Part shown: one piece after another, positions 10,596 to 20,403 of the stretch
Numbering within the stretch: position 1 is the first letter of the stretch
Layout: every line of letters begins with the position of its first letter
Source: a virus
DNA: 64,000 nucleotides
Virus record (IMG/VR): IMGVR_UViG_3300009788_000005
Location: 21,759 to 85,758 of that record
Strand: one strand, 5' to 3'
The notes under the pieces: generated by a model
What the model was told of the DNA's origin: nothing
The model's input: only the letters and a program-made list of their open reading frames with translations
The model's database searches: none
Program-made: the position numbers and the translations under genes

Positions 10596-11201
10596 TTAGA
10601 TACTACTAATATCTATAGTTTCTACTAAGGGCTTTTCCAACTTAAGTATATACAAATCCTCAGGACAATCAGTAGCCCCAGGATCATACATTTTACCCGG
10701 ATACTCTATAGCCGTAACTCTTCTAGCTAACCACCTATTAAACCTAATACGGACCTTCTTTACCTTATCCTTAAGGATATACTTAGGAATCACAGTAATT
10801 AATACTCCTCCAGGCTGTAGTAAGTATCTGTAATTATAAACAATATGATGTATAATAAGATCTGTTTCAAAGGGAGGATTTAATATCAAGCAATCAAACA
10901 TATCTATAAAATCTATACTATAATTTACTAAACTAAAACAGTTATGATATATAGAAATATAGCCTCCCGTTAAACTAGCCTCCCTCAAAATCTCAAACAC
11001 ATCAGTATTATACTCTATACCCCATACAATCAAATCTCCATAATCCTTATCTGGATCAAGACTGTCTACGTAAGTCTTTAATAACCTACCATACCCTGCA
11101 CTAGTATCTCCCACACATTTAAACCTACGATCACCCAACATACACACCATCAACTTAGCCACCTCTATAGGAGTTTCTTTAATATTTACTGTCTTTTCCA
11201 T
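10596..11201 (-). CDS. N6-adenine DNA methyltransferase-like protein
   Basis: SAM-binding DTSAGYG, GIE, catalytic LNPPF, LLQPGG; start set at ATG 11201 (MEKTVN) because the longer start overlaps a terminator hairpin. Confidence 0.8.
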   Translation of the reverse strand: MEKTVNIKETPIEVAKLMVCMLGDRRFKCVGDTSAGYGRLLKTYVDSLDPDKDYGDLIVWGIEYNTDVFEILREASLTGGYISIYHNCFSLVNYSIDFIDMFDCLILNPPFETDLIIHHIVYNYRYLLQPGGVLITVIPKYILKDKVKKVRIRFNRWLARRVTAIEYPGKMYDPGATDCPEDLYILKLEKPLVETIDISSI

Positions 11202-11231
11202 AACACAATATAACTGTAACCCCATAAATAA

Positions 11232-11257
11232 CAAAAGCCCCAACATTGGGGCTTTTG
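11232..11257 (-). terminator. Intrinsic terminator downstream of the ParB-like gene
   Basis: CAAAAGCCCCAA-CA-TTGGGGCTTTTG perfect inverted repeat with T/A tracts on both sides. Confidence 0.75.
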
Positions 11258-11289
11258 CAGGAAAAAAATAAACGTGTGAGAAGTATATT

Positions 11290-12441
11290 TTAACTTACTC
11301 CCCCTCCATCAGGATTTTCCTGAAAGTTTGCAGCCATTATAAGGGCATGGGCCATTTCTTCCGCTGAGTGTGACTGCACTTGAGCATCCATCATAACCTG
11401 CACAATATCATCTACAAGTCCCCCTTTAAACCGCTTACCGAAAGGAACATCTTTCTTTTGCCTTTCTACCGTAGATTGTTCATCCTGGATCATATTTACC
11501 AGATTACCGCACTCCTCTGCAAAGCTGTAACGCTTTTTAGTTGTAGGGGTTGCAGCAGCTTCTACATGCTTAGCAGTAACTTTAATTTTACCTTCTCCAG
11601 CAGCTTTTTCCTGAGCAACCTTAGCAATCTCAGCAGCAGATTGTTTTTCTCCTTCTTCCTGAGCAAGTACAGCAGCCTTAGAGGCAGCAGCCAAACTCAA
11701 CCAACCCTCCTCAATACCTTTAAGCAATTTCTTATCCCGTCCTGCACGGAGATAATAATGTACTGCCGTCCTACCCATACCTACCTGCTTAGCAATATCC
11801 ACTACAGACATACCAAGATCATCTTCCAACTTAGCCAAGTTCACACACTTCTGATAATTTGACCACTGCTCATGAGTATTATTACTTACTTGCCGGAGTA
11901 ATAGCATTGCTTCCCCCTCAGGACCTACAGGCTTTTCTACAATCTGTACCGCAATCAAATTCTTATCCGCATCACTTCCAGGCCAAACAGCCATCTTAAG
12001 TATCACACCTGCCTCATCCTTAATAGTCCCCTTCATGATTTCATCAAAGCCATACAGACGACGGAAACCTTCAACAAGCTTAAGCTTAAACTGATTATTA
12101 CCCCTGGCTTTTATATCCGTAACATAAGCCTCTACGGCAGTAGTCTGACCATTAACCCCCAAAGATCGTACCCACTCAGTAGGAGTAGTTTTCTTTACCT
12201 CATTCTTACCTCCTCTTGGATTATCATTATAAGATACGATAATCTGAGCGCGAGGTATCAAAATAATCATACCCGGCTGAGGTTTTTCAGGTAAACCTAC
12301 AGTAAGTAATCCCACAATAGGGGTATCCTTCTTAGCGGGAGATTCTTTGGCAGCTCCATTACCTTTGGAATTCTTAGCAATATTCTTTGCTACACCCTTA
12401 GTAGCGGGTTTTTCTTTTGTAGATGTTTCAACTTTTACCAT
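11290..12441 (-). CDS. parB: ParB/Noc-family CTPase-HTH DNA-binding protein
   Basis: NPR (box I), SLGVNG, LVEGFRRL (GxRR arginine patch), SNN, HTH GMSVVDIAKQVGMGRTAVHYYL; no parA in window. Confidence 0.85.
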   Translation of the reverse strand: MVKVETSTKEKPATKGVAKNIAKNSKGNGAAKESPAKKDTPIVGLLTVGLPEKPQPGMIILIPRAQIIVSYNDNPRGGKNEVKKTTPTEWVRSLGVNGQTTAVEAYVTDIKARGNNQFKLKLVEGFRRLYGFDEIMKGTIKDEAGVILKMAVWPGSDADKNLIAVQIVEKPVGPEGEAMLLLRQVSNNTHEQWSNYQKCVNLAKLEDDLGMSVVDIAKQVGMGRTAVHYYLRAGRDKKLLKGIEEGWLSLAAASKAAVLAQEEGEKQSAAEIAKVAQEKAAGEGKIKVTAKHVEAAATPTTKKRYSFAEECGNLVNMIQDEQSTVERQKKDVPFGKRFKGGLVDDIVQVMMDAQVQSHSAEEMAHALIMAANFQENPDGGGVS

Positions 12442-12486
12442 GTTGGATTATATTTGTTTTTGTTATTTTTAATACAACTTATAATC

Positions 12487-12518
12487 CAAAGGTAAGGATT
12501 ACAGTTTTTATAAACAAG
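12487..12518 (-). promoter_or_regulatory. Bacteroidota sigma70-type promoter for the ParB-like gene
   Basis: Minus-strand TTG...TACCTTTG (-33 and -7 TAnnTTTG elements). Confidence 0.65.
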
Positions 12519-12552
12519 GATTTTTCAAAAAAGCGTAAAATTTTTACACTCT

Positions 12553-14328
12553 CTAAGCATCTTCTAACTGCTCCTCAGAAAACTGATAACCTAAAGAACC
12601 CTTTTTCTTTTTACCTGTAGGGGTATTTTCTCCTGATGACTGCTCCTCCCAAAATTCAGGACAATTATCCATATGTATTTGCCTATCTATAGGACTAGCA
12701 GTCATTATATCATAATCAATATGCAAATATTCTACTACATGATCCCCACCATCTCTATCTCTATCCATCCATAATACTAATCTCCTATACCCCTTTTCTT
12801 TTTCTTCTTCAGTAGCTAAAGATACTACAGCACACTCAACATCATAACCTATATTCCCCGTACCGGCTATCTTTAAATTTCTAAGTCTAAATTTCTCATC
12901 CGTTAGTTTTTCATAATCCTTAGGAGCCTCTATCATTAACATATAGATGTTATGCCTATCCCGTAATTCTTTCAGATCTGCGTAATTTTCTCGTATGGCC
13001 TGCCAATAATTCAGATCCCTATTATCAGATTTTAAATGCTGTCCCCAATCTATAATAACTACTTTGGGTCTACTATCGTCACTGAAAAAATTAGTTGGGT
13101 CTTCCTTCAACTGAACTATCAACTTATCTAGTTTACCGGGAGTACAGGATTTAATATACTCTAACCTAATATCCCCTCCTGATTCTGCCTTAATTTTTTC
13201 TAAAGTATCATTCAACTTATCCAACAAAGACACATATACCTTATCAGGATCAAAATATTTATCTCCCTTGTTACTCAACTCTCTCCAATCATCGTACCCC
13301 TGAGGATTTTTCTTTATAGCTTCATAAATTCTAACTACAGTCTTCCAATTATTTACTTGCTTTTTCTTCCCCTCTATAACTACTTCTTTCTTCCCGTCTT
13401 TATAAGATCTAATCCTATACACTTTCTCCCCCTGCAAATATATTCTATCTTCCTCATACTGCTTAACTGATTTTATTATATGAGAAGTATCTACCCATAC
13501 CCCACTATAAAACCACTCCTTAGGAGCCTGTAACAAAGACTGATAAAACCTCCTCTCCATCTTAAGTTTACCATTCTCCAAATCAGCAAATAAAACATCA
13601 GCCCCCTGCTTAACCAAATCTACTGCTACATTCTGACTTAATCCCGACTTAAAGGACTTAGGCCCCGCTATAACAATCGTAATACCTCTAAAGTAAAGTA
13701 CTATACTTTCATAACAAGTCTTTAACCCTTCTAACTGTTCTAACTCCTCCAGGCTATGTACCTTATCAAATATATAAACCCCCTCCGACTCCTCATTAAG
13801 TATATCAGAATTAAGCTTATCTATAAATAACTTTCTTTCTCTGTAGCTCCACTTTATAACCTCTATAGGATCTACATCATCTAACCTTAATTTCTCTGCC
13901 TCATCCCTAATCAATTTAGATAAAAAACAATGTACAATAAATCCTATTAATTGTGCTATAGTGTAATCCTCATCTTCAGGAGGCTTAAATAAAGCCCTCT
14001 CAAAATTACGTAGATCCTGCTTATCCTCTGAGGAACTTAATTTTAACCATTTTTGAAAAGGATTACTATCTTTTTTTATCTGCCGATATACTTCCTTACT
14101 GGGAAGATCTGTATACTCTCCATAATAAGTACCTAATAACTCTACAATTCTTTGGGCAGCAGATGAACTAAAAGTTTCCTTAAATACCGTAGCATCTACC
14201 TCTTTAAAATACTTAAAAAGACGTAAGCCCAACTGCTGAACTTTGGGCTTAATTTGTCCGTCCGGCAAACGATCTTTCCAGAGTAACCGGGAAATCATTT
14301 TTAGCTGTACCTCAGGGGTATACTTCAT
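12553..14328 (-). CDS. dnaB: DnaB-like replicative helicase with internal insertion
   Basis: Walker A IAGPKSFKS, ADLENG, Walker B VIIDW, IAGTGNIGYD, DRD. Confidence 0.8.
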   Translation of the reverse strand: MKYTPEVQLKMISRLLWKDRLPDGQIKPKVQQLGLRLFKYFKEVDATVFKETFSSSAAQRIVELLGTYYGEYTDLPSKEVYRQIKKDSNPFQKWLKLSSSEDKQDLRNFERALFKPPEDEDYTIAQLIGFIVHCFLSKLIRDEAEKLRLDDVDPIEVIKWSYRERKLFIDKLNSDILNEESEGVYIFDKVHSLEELEQLEGLKTCYESIVLYFRGITIVIAGPKSFKSGLSQNVAVDLVKQGADVLFADLENGKLKMERRFYQSLLQAPKEWFYSGVWVDTSHIIKSVKQYEEDRIYLQGEKVYRIRSYKDGKKEVVIEGKKKQVNNWKTVVRIYEAIKKNPQGYDDWRELSNKGDKYFDPDKVYVSLLDKLNDTLEKIKAESGGDIRLEYIKSCTPGKLDKLIVQLKEDPTNFFSDDSRPKVVIIDWGQHLKSDNRDLNYWQAIRENYADLKELRDRHNIYMLMIEAPKDYEKLTDEKFRLRNLKIAGTGNIGYDVECAVVSLATEEEKEKGYRRLVLWMDRDRDGGDHVVEYLHIDYDIMTASPIDRQIHMDNCPEFWEEQSSGENTPTGKKKKGSLGYQFSEEQLEDA

Positions 14329-14531
14329 TAGCCGTTCAAGCAGTTAGGGTCTAACACACGCTCAATAGCAAGGAATCCTGCTGTATCTCCCTGAGATATC
14401 TTCATAGTCTTAACTTTGTAATCTCTCTCACACTGAGCCAATACAATATACCCTTCCCAAAATCTAACTATAGACGCTTCCCTTTTCATCTCAGCAACAG
14501 CATTTTTTATGTATGCTTTTAAATAAGTCAT
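14328..14531 (-). CDS. Hypothetical protein
   Basis: ATG 14531; stop overlaps the DnaB start. Confidence 0.55.
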   Translation of the reverse strand: MTYLKAYIKNAVAEMKREASIVRFWEGYIVLAQCERDYKVKTMKISQGDTAGFLAIERVLDPNCLNG

Positions 14532-14680
14532 CAACTACCTGAAGCACATCCCTCTTTAATTAACCTTTGTGATTCTTTACACGATATAGGAATTTCCTTA
14601 ACTACCTCTTTACACCCATTAAAAAATAAAATAGAGGGCTTTGAAATACCTCTCCAATTAATATTAATCATAATCTCCAT
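14531..14680 (-). CDS. Small hypothetical protein (49 aa, not in ORF track)
   Basis: MEIMININWRG...CASGS*, TGATG overlap with the next gene. Confidence 0.45.
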   Translation of the reverse strand: MEIMININWRGISKPSILFFNGCKEVVKEIPISCKESQRLIKEGCASGS

Positions 14681-14746
14681 GATGATAAATTATTTAAGAA
14701 TTATAGTAAATTATACACCTAAGGTAAGGATTTGATTTACTCTATC

Positions 14747-15079
14747 CTAATTCCCTACCTCCCTATCCTTACATACTCTCCTAGGAAAAGCACACATACC
14801 CAATTTTTTATCCATCCTATTCCAAAAAGTATCATAATCCTCAATAGATACTTTATCCATCAAAAACCCTAGCTCCGCTAAAGAATAGCATGACCCTCTA
14901 TATACCTGATCACCCTTCCTATCCATAACTATAATACCTGACTTATACACATTCAGAAAATGCTTTACAGGGGCAGATAATACGATATCATAAACCTTAC
15001 ACTGCTCCCCAGATGTACCTATAAAAGTCCATCCTAAAGGTTTAAATAGTTCAGGGTCTAATTCAAATAAATTTTGCAT
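14747..15079 (-). CDS. Hypothetical protein, probably leaderless
   Basis: ATG 15079 lies 3 nt after a TATCTTTG -7 box. Confidence 0.6.
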   Translation of the reverse strand: MQNLFELDPELFKPLGWTFIGTSGEQCKVYDIVLSAPVKHFLNVYKSGIIVMDRKGDQVYRGSCYSLAELGFLMDKVSIEDYDTFWNRMDKKLGMCAFPRRVCKDREVGN

Positions 15080-15144
15080 ACCCAAAGATACCTAACCCCA
15101 GGTAATTAACAAACCTCCAAAACTATCTTCAATGTGTAAAAATT

Positions 15145-15726
15145 TTACAGATGATGAGGGTGATCATCTACATCAAACCTACCTCCAAAATCAGGTTTAA
15201 CTGTACCCCAACTACTGAGAGCAGAGCTATCATTCTCCTTTAATAAACAATCATCTGTAGGCAGACAAGGATACAAACTCTTATTATCTTGTAGCCATAT
15301 CTTAAACATCTCTAAAGACTCTTCCACAGCTATCTTCAAACCAGATACAAAACCCTCAAACTGTCCCTCTTCGAATTTCTGAGGAAACTTTAACCCCTCT
15401 TTTGTAAGTATAGCATATCCTGACTTACGTACATACAAATATTCCGTACCATCAACTATAACCATAGTAGCCATATCTATAAGATCTATCCACCTCTGCT
15501 CTATAGCTACTTGATTATCTTCAAAATCCTTAATAGCATCACATATCTCCTTAAAACAATCCCCTAAAGGCTGCTTCAAATATTTTATCTGGGCACCATC
15601 AAGATGCTTAGTAACTTTATTAGTATCTAAATGAGCATCAAGTAAAGTTGACTGATCAAATAAACACTTCAGGGTTATAAAAAAACACCTGGAAGCACAC
15701 TTAGTACATCCTCTTCCTGTTGACAT
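15145..15726 (-). CDS. Putative head-tail adaptor
   Basis: Directly downstream of portal; AQIKYLKQPLG pattern recalls Bacteroidota phage adaptors. Confidence 0.5.
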   Translation of the reverse strand: MSTGRGCTKCASRCFFITLKCLFDQSTLLDAHLDTNKVTKHLDGAQIKYLKQPLGDCFKEICDAIKDFEDNQVAIEQRWIDLIDMATMVIVDGTEYLYVRKSGYAILTKEGLKFPQKFEEGQFEGFVSGLKIAVEESLEMFKIWLQDNKSLYPCLPTDDCLLKENDSSALSSWGTVKPDFGGRFDVDDHPHHL

Positions 15727-17345
15727 TATTCTGTATCTCCTTCTCCGGTATTACTGTTATTATTTTTATTCCTATCCTTTATCTCCTGCTTAACCTCATC
15801 CGTAGCAGGTCCATCACCATGCATAGCTCTTGTTTCATCTATACCATAAGAAGATTGTAATACCTCCTTAGGGGGAATTCTACTAAACAATCTCTTCCGG
15901 ATAAATAGTACCTCGGTTATAGTAGTCTCTACCCTATTTAACTCACTCATCCATATAGGTAATAATTCCTCAAATATCCATGATACTAAGGGATGTATTA
16001 TTTCTGGATCTATTACATTATCATACCACAAATCCTCAGCCATTGCTAAAGCATCTGCCTGACTACTCATTCCCTTAGCCGTAACCGGAGGAGATCCTAT
16101 TAATCTTTCATCTATTACCCCCCATGCAGTCAGTATAGCTTTAAGTTTTCTAAGCTCCATCTCCTGCTGCATGTCACTAGTATTAGTATGAGGGATTTCA
16201 GCTATAGTTATAACATTTTCCTTAGATCTGGGATCTTTAAATACTACTACTATTTGATCTGCATTATCTACTCCCTGTAATTCATCCCTTATTTTTGTCT
16301 CTATCTGTGATTTCTTTTCTTCATGAGATCTCTTATCCTTACTACTTGTATCTGCTACTTCTACTGTCACTATAAAACCCGCCATCATCCCATTCTGCAT
16401 ACTGCCTATATCCATAGCCCCTAAAGCATCCTCCACCATAATAGCAGCTATAGAACTATTAGTTTCCCAGGCAGGCTCAGGGTAATAGACAGAAAATAAA
16501 TTAGGCTCCCGTATAAGAAAAGAATACCTACCTAAATTATTAATAGCCTTATCCTCCCCCTCAAAAAAACCACTCTTTTTATCCTGCTTAACTATTGTAA
16601 CCTCTGTAGGATTTACTTTATCAAATGACTCATAAACCTTAATACCTTTTAATAACGCTTTTCTAGGGGATTTCTCATTAAAGGAGGGATGCTCCCAATG
16701 AAATAATACCTTACCTATATCCTTCCCTTCTACCTCCCTCTTTCCTATTCGGGTAGAGAAATATTTACGTAAATGTATCTGAGATAAAAATTTAGTAGTA
16801 GATATCGTTTTATCCGTAACCTCTACTTTATCAATATCAATATTTATTTTATCAGAGAATACCTTATGTACGTACGAACCTCCAAAACTTGCTATACTCT
16901 GTAATGACTCCTTAAGAAAGTTATAATTATTTACTCCAATCTTACCTAGCCAATTCAAAAATAAACTACCATCCTCCCCTCCCTCTTCTTCGACTACCGA
17001 CAATCCTTTACCGTAAGCAATATTAACAGCAGTCTTATATGCTCTCTTATGTGTATGGGCTAACTTTAAAAGTCTCAATATAAAAAAAGGATATTTGTTA
17101 TCGTGTCCCGATCTAATATAAGGCTCAGAACTTGTATTAGGTTTTCTATGTCTCTTATTAGGATCAGAAGAATATCTTAAATAGGATGAGGGTATATTAT
17201 AATCAAACTGTAATTGGTTAGCAGAAGCATTATATTTGTAACTATCTATTCTATATACCTTACTTTCCTCGGAGGAATATAAATTATCCATTAGCTCATT
17301 ATAGCTAACATGCTTAACAGATAATTTATCTATACTATCCGGCAT
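15726..17345 (-). CDS. Portal protein
   Basis: 539 aa; AYGKGL, YYPEPAW, QNGMMAGFIV, ILTAWGV, IDETRAMHG patterns typical of portals; head-module context. Confidence 0.8.
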   Translation of the reverse strand: MPDSIDKLSVKHVSYNELMDNLYSSEESKVYRIDSYKYNASANQLQFDYNIPSSYLRYSSDPNKRHRKPNTSSEPYIRSGHDNKYPFFILRLLKLAHTHKRAYKTAVNIAYGKGLSVVEEEGGEDGSLFLNWLGKIGVNNYNFLKESLQSIASFGGSYVHKVFSDKINIDIDKVEVTDKTISTTKFLSQIHLRKYFSTRIGKREVEGKDIGKVLFHWEHPSFNEKSPRKALLKGIKVYESFDKVNPTEVTIVKQDKKSGFFEGEDKAINNLGRYSFLIREPNLFSVYYPEPAWETNSSIAAIMVEDALGAMDIGSMQNGMMAGFIVTVEVADTSSKDKRSHEEKKSQIETKIRDELQGVDNADQIVVVFKDPRSKENVITIAEIPHTNTSDMQQEMELRKLKAILTAWGVIDERLIGSPPVTAKGMSSQADALAMAEDLWYDNVIDPEIIHPLVSWIFEELLPIWMSELNRVETTITEVLFIRKRLFSRIPPKEVLQSSYGIDETRAMHGDGPATDEVKQEIKDRNKNNNSNTGEGDTE

Positions 17346-17366
17346 AATATGAAGTTAAAATCTCCA

Positions 17367-17660
17367 TTAATAAACAAAAAGATCAAACGTAGAATGTACT
17401 ATAGAAGCTATAGATAATTCCGCATAATACCTACCCACATCCAAAGTAAATTTTGAAGAATTACCACACTCATGCTCTAAAGTAATCTTTATAATACTGC
17501 CCCCTATACATCTGTCCCCTTGCACGGTATCTTCGTATACCTGACAGTCTTTACAACTATTCTCCCACACCGTAAGCGTATAAGACTGTAATCCTGTAGG
17601 AGGATCATTGATACCTTCTACTACTAAAACATTTACCTTATCTTGATATGCAGCAATCAT
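17367..17660 (-). CDS. Hypothetical virion-module protein
   Basis: 97 aa beta-rich ORF. Confidence 0.55.
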   Translation of the reverse strand: MIAAYQDKVNVLVVEGINDPPTGLQSYTLTVWENSCKDCQVYEDTVQGDRCIGGSIIKITLEHECGNSSKFTLDVGRYYAELSIASIVHSTFDLFVY

Positions 17661-17743
17661 AACAAAATACCTCTAAAAAGGGTCCACCCCAACCTCCATT
17701 GGAAGCTAGGGCTTTCCCGTCCGCTGAGGTGTAATTGAATTTC

Positions 17744-18127
17744 TTATTTTTCCGCCTTCTCCCTATTAATCTCCCTCTGTAATACAGCTATCTCCTGTAT
17801 AGTCATATTCATTAACCTAGCCTCATCTGCCTTGCTTATAGTAAGGTAATTAAACAGATGAAACTTACGGGCATAATACAAAGGCATCAACATAAACTGA
17901 TTATATGTTACCTCACTATTTTGCTTATTACGATCAAAAGAATTTACTACCTTACCCTCAACTCTGGAAGTATTTACCAGTGATCCAGACCGTATAACCA
18001 TAGTAGGAGTTAGGCTAGAACTAAGAGTAACCTTAGGTCTAAAAGGCTTAGGCAAAGATTCCTTCTTAGTCTTTTTAAGAGTAGGAGCTTTTTCTTCCTT
18101 AGTATTAATAACCTCTGTATCGGACAT
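17744..18127 (-). CDS. Hypothetical protein
   Basis: 127 aa ORF downstream of the putative tail tube gene. Confidence 0.6.
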   Translation of the reverse strand: MSDTEVINTKEEKAPTLKKTKKESLPKPFRPKVTLSSSLTPTMVIRSGSLVNTSRVEGKVVNSFDRNKQNSEVTYNQFMLMPLYYARKFHLFNYLTISKADEARLMNMTIQEIAVLQREINREKAEK

Positions 18128-18163
18128 ATATTTACAGCTTAAAGTTTAACCCTAATTACCCTA

Positions 18164-18751
18164 TTATGCAGTAACAGAATCTACCAGGATATCCGTAGTA
18201 GCCTCATCAGTATCAAATACCTCCAGAAAGATATCGGGTACATCATCACCTGTAGCAATGAATGTAGTAGGGGTAAACTCGGTAGTACCTGTACCTCCCC
18301 TGATCTCCGTAAAATGGATATCACCCTTTCTACCTGTCATATACCAACGATTTGTACCCTTCTCCTTCCACAGAAATACTACTTCCTGACCTACAAAAGT
18401 CTTAACTACACAATAAAATTTTCTATCTTTAACATCAACAGAAAAATTTATTGTTTCTTCAAAAGTAGTAGTACCTGTTTCAGGGTCAAATATCAACCCC
18501 CAAATATGTTCTATACTCTTATCCTTAGTAGTAACCTTAAAGAAAAGGGGAGCAACAGGCAATACACCGTCTTGAGTTACAATATCTGTAATCTTAGCAT
18601 CATTACCTCCCCCGGCTAAGCAATCATCTTCAGTAACAGTTACGAACTTCAAACACGATACCCGTAAATCAAAAGCCCCTGCTTTTTGCGCTCCACAAGA
18701 TGCAGCACTAGTAGCAATCCCATCCCTTATATCACAACATTCCTTATCCAT
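18164..18751 (-). CDS. Putative major tail (tube) protein
   Basis: 195 aa, follows capsid; N-terminal Cys pattern and beta-rich acidic composition like Bacteroidota siphovirus tube proteins. Confidence 0.55.
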   Translation of the reverse strand: MDKECCDIRDGIATSAASCGAQKAGAFDLRVSCLKFVTVTEDDCLAGGGNDAKITDIVTQDGVLPVAPLFFKVTTKDKSIEHIWGLIFDPETGTTTFEETINFSVDVKDRKFYCVVKTFVGQEVVFLWKEKGTNRWYMTGRKGDIHFTEIRGGTGTTEFTPTTFIATGDDVPDIFLEVFDTDEATTDILVDSVTA

Positions 18752-18823
18752 GATTCAAAAATTTTAGGTGTAAAAATTTTACATCCAGGACTATAACCTT
18801 TATAGTCCTGGATGTTTTTAATA

Positions 18824-20329
18824 CTACTGAGGATCAAGAGGCTGAGCAGGCTGAAAGATAAGCCGTGCAGGAGCTGCTTCAGAAAAGGTACCAGCAACCT
18901 GATCAAGCTGACTGATCTGAAATCCCATATTAAACTTATTCTTCCACCATGCCGTCTCACACTGCTCATCAAATCCTGTCTTTATTTCTGCCACATCCTG
19001 TACAAGATCCGTACCTGCATGAAGATCCTCCGGACGCGCTATAAGCATAAAATCGTTAGGCATATAATTCATGCGAGAAATAGGTACTCCCATCCATTCA
19101 GGACACGTAGGGTTAACATCACAAGTACCTAAGAATGCTTTTGTCTCCTCTTTCTCAGCCAAAACTAAAGCATGCCAAATATTTCTCGCCAACATCCAAT
19201 TAGCTCCAAAATCAGGCTCCAATATCTCAGGCTTTTTAGATACAATCTCCTCATACATTGCAGTCATGTAAGCAAATACATTAGCTGAATCAATAGATAA
19301 TATATCTATACTTATAGGAGTATCGGCATCTACAAACTCCTGAGTAACAGCAAGAACTACAGCCACACCCGTAACAGTAATAGGAGTATTGGCTAATAGG
19401 GTCTGATCTATACATATCATAAACCCATCACAGTTAGTAATGACTATACGTACCTGTAAATCAACCCCCTTCTGTCCTTCAATATGTAAAGTATCTCCGC
19501 CTACATTAGTAACAACAGTCCACAGATTAACCCCATTTTGATCTACATAACCATTAGCAGCCGTAGTAAGTTCTGTAACTACATCATCTAACGTATCAGA
19601 CAGAGAAGTATTAAAAGGTATAGATACTTGTTTACCTCCTATCAACAGATCAATACATAGACCGGTAAGGTCCCCGGTAAAAAGCCAATTATATATAGGC
19701 TCCACAGCATCACCCAGAGCAGCATTAGCTATCTTAAAGTAACCGTCCGTATGAGAATAATCCTCATTTGCTGAAGCATAATCTCCCCCAAATGCATGTC
19801 TGTCCCAAGTTATCTTAGACTCCCTCAACATCGCTATCTCTACCTCATCAGAGATTACTATCATATCTCCCTCATCCCTCATTACTCCTCTACCTAATCC
19901 GCTTTGTCTCCAGGTCTTAATAAATTCATTTATACAAAAATCATCATCCTGAAAAACAGTTTGTATGGTTAAGAATCTATCTACCTTAGGACCTTTAGTA
20001 GTAGTACCAGGATCAAAACCGCAATCAGTAGCCCCCTTTGAAGAGTTTACTTTAGACTTAATCTTAGACTTTATGGTTTCTCTGAACAATCTTTGCCGGG
20101 TTTGTACGTCCTCATTAAAGCTCACAAATTGACGACCATTACCTGCAACCTCCCCTGTATCGGGAGCCTCATCCTCAAGAGGAATAGCATTCTGTAGGAT
20201 CTGAGCCTTAGCAAACACCCTACGACGAATAAAAACAGAATCCTCTACCGGGTAGGTCTTTGCTTCAAACTCATACCTATCCCTGATAGTATGAGTGTGC
20301 CTGCAAGTTCCCATATCACATAAGTTCAT
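18824..20329 (-). CDS. Major capsid protein with a large inserted domain
   Basis: Follows protease/scaffold; FGGD...TDGYFK, WMGVPI, LHAGTDL patterns of HK97-fold capsids. Confidence 0.75.
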   Translation of the reverse strand: MNLCDMGTCRHTHTIRDRYEFEAKTYPVEDSVFIRRRVFAKAQILQNAIPLEDEAPDTGEVAGNGRQFVSFNEDVQTRQRLFRETIKSKIKSKVNSSKGATDCGFDPGTTTKGPKVDRFLTIQTVFQDDDFCINEFIKTWRQSGLGRGVMRDEGDMIVISDEVEIAMLRESKITWDRHAFGGDYASANEDYSHTDGYFKIANAALGDAVEPIYNWLFTGDLTGLCIDLLIGGKQVSIPFNTSLSDTLDDVVTELTTAANGYVDQNGVNLWTVVTNVGGDTLHIEGQKGVDLQVRIVITNCDGFMICIDQTLLANTPITVTGVAVVLAVTQEFVDADTPISIDILSIDSANVFAYMTAMYEEIVSKKPEILEPDFGANWMLARNIWHALVLAEKEETKAFLGTCDVNPTCPEWMGVPISRMNYMPNDFMLIARPEDLHAGTDLVQDVAEIKTGFDEQCETAWWKNKFNMGFQISQLDQVAGTFSEAAPARLIFQPAQPLDPQ

Positions 20330-20403
20330 AACTTTATTCTTTAGAGTTAATTAAATCCGTAAAAATTTTACACACCCCAACGGACTCTAATTAACAGGAT
20401 ATA

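Noticed and set aside
2661-14328. Inteins in PolA or DnaB insertions
   Set aside because: No C/S start with HN-C/S/T end and no LAGLIDADG motifs
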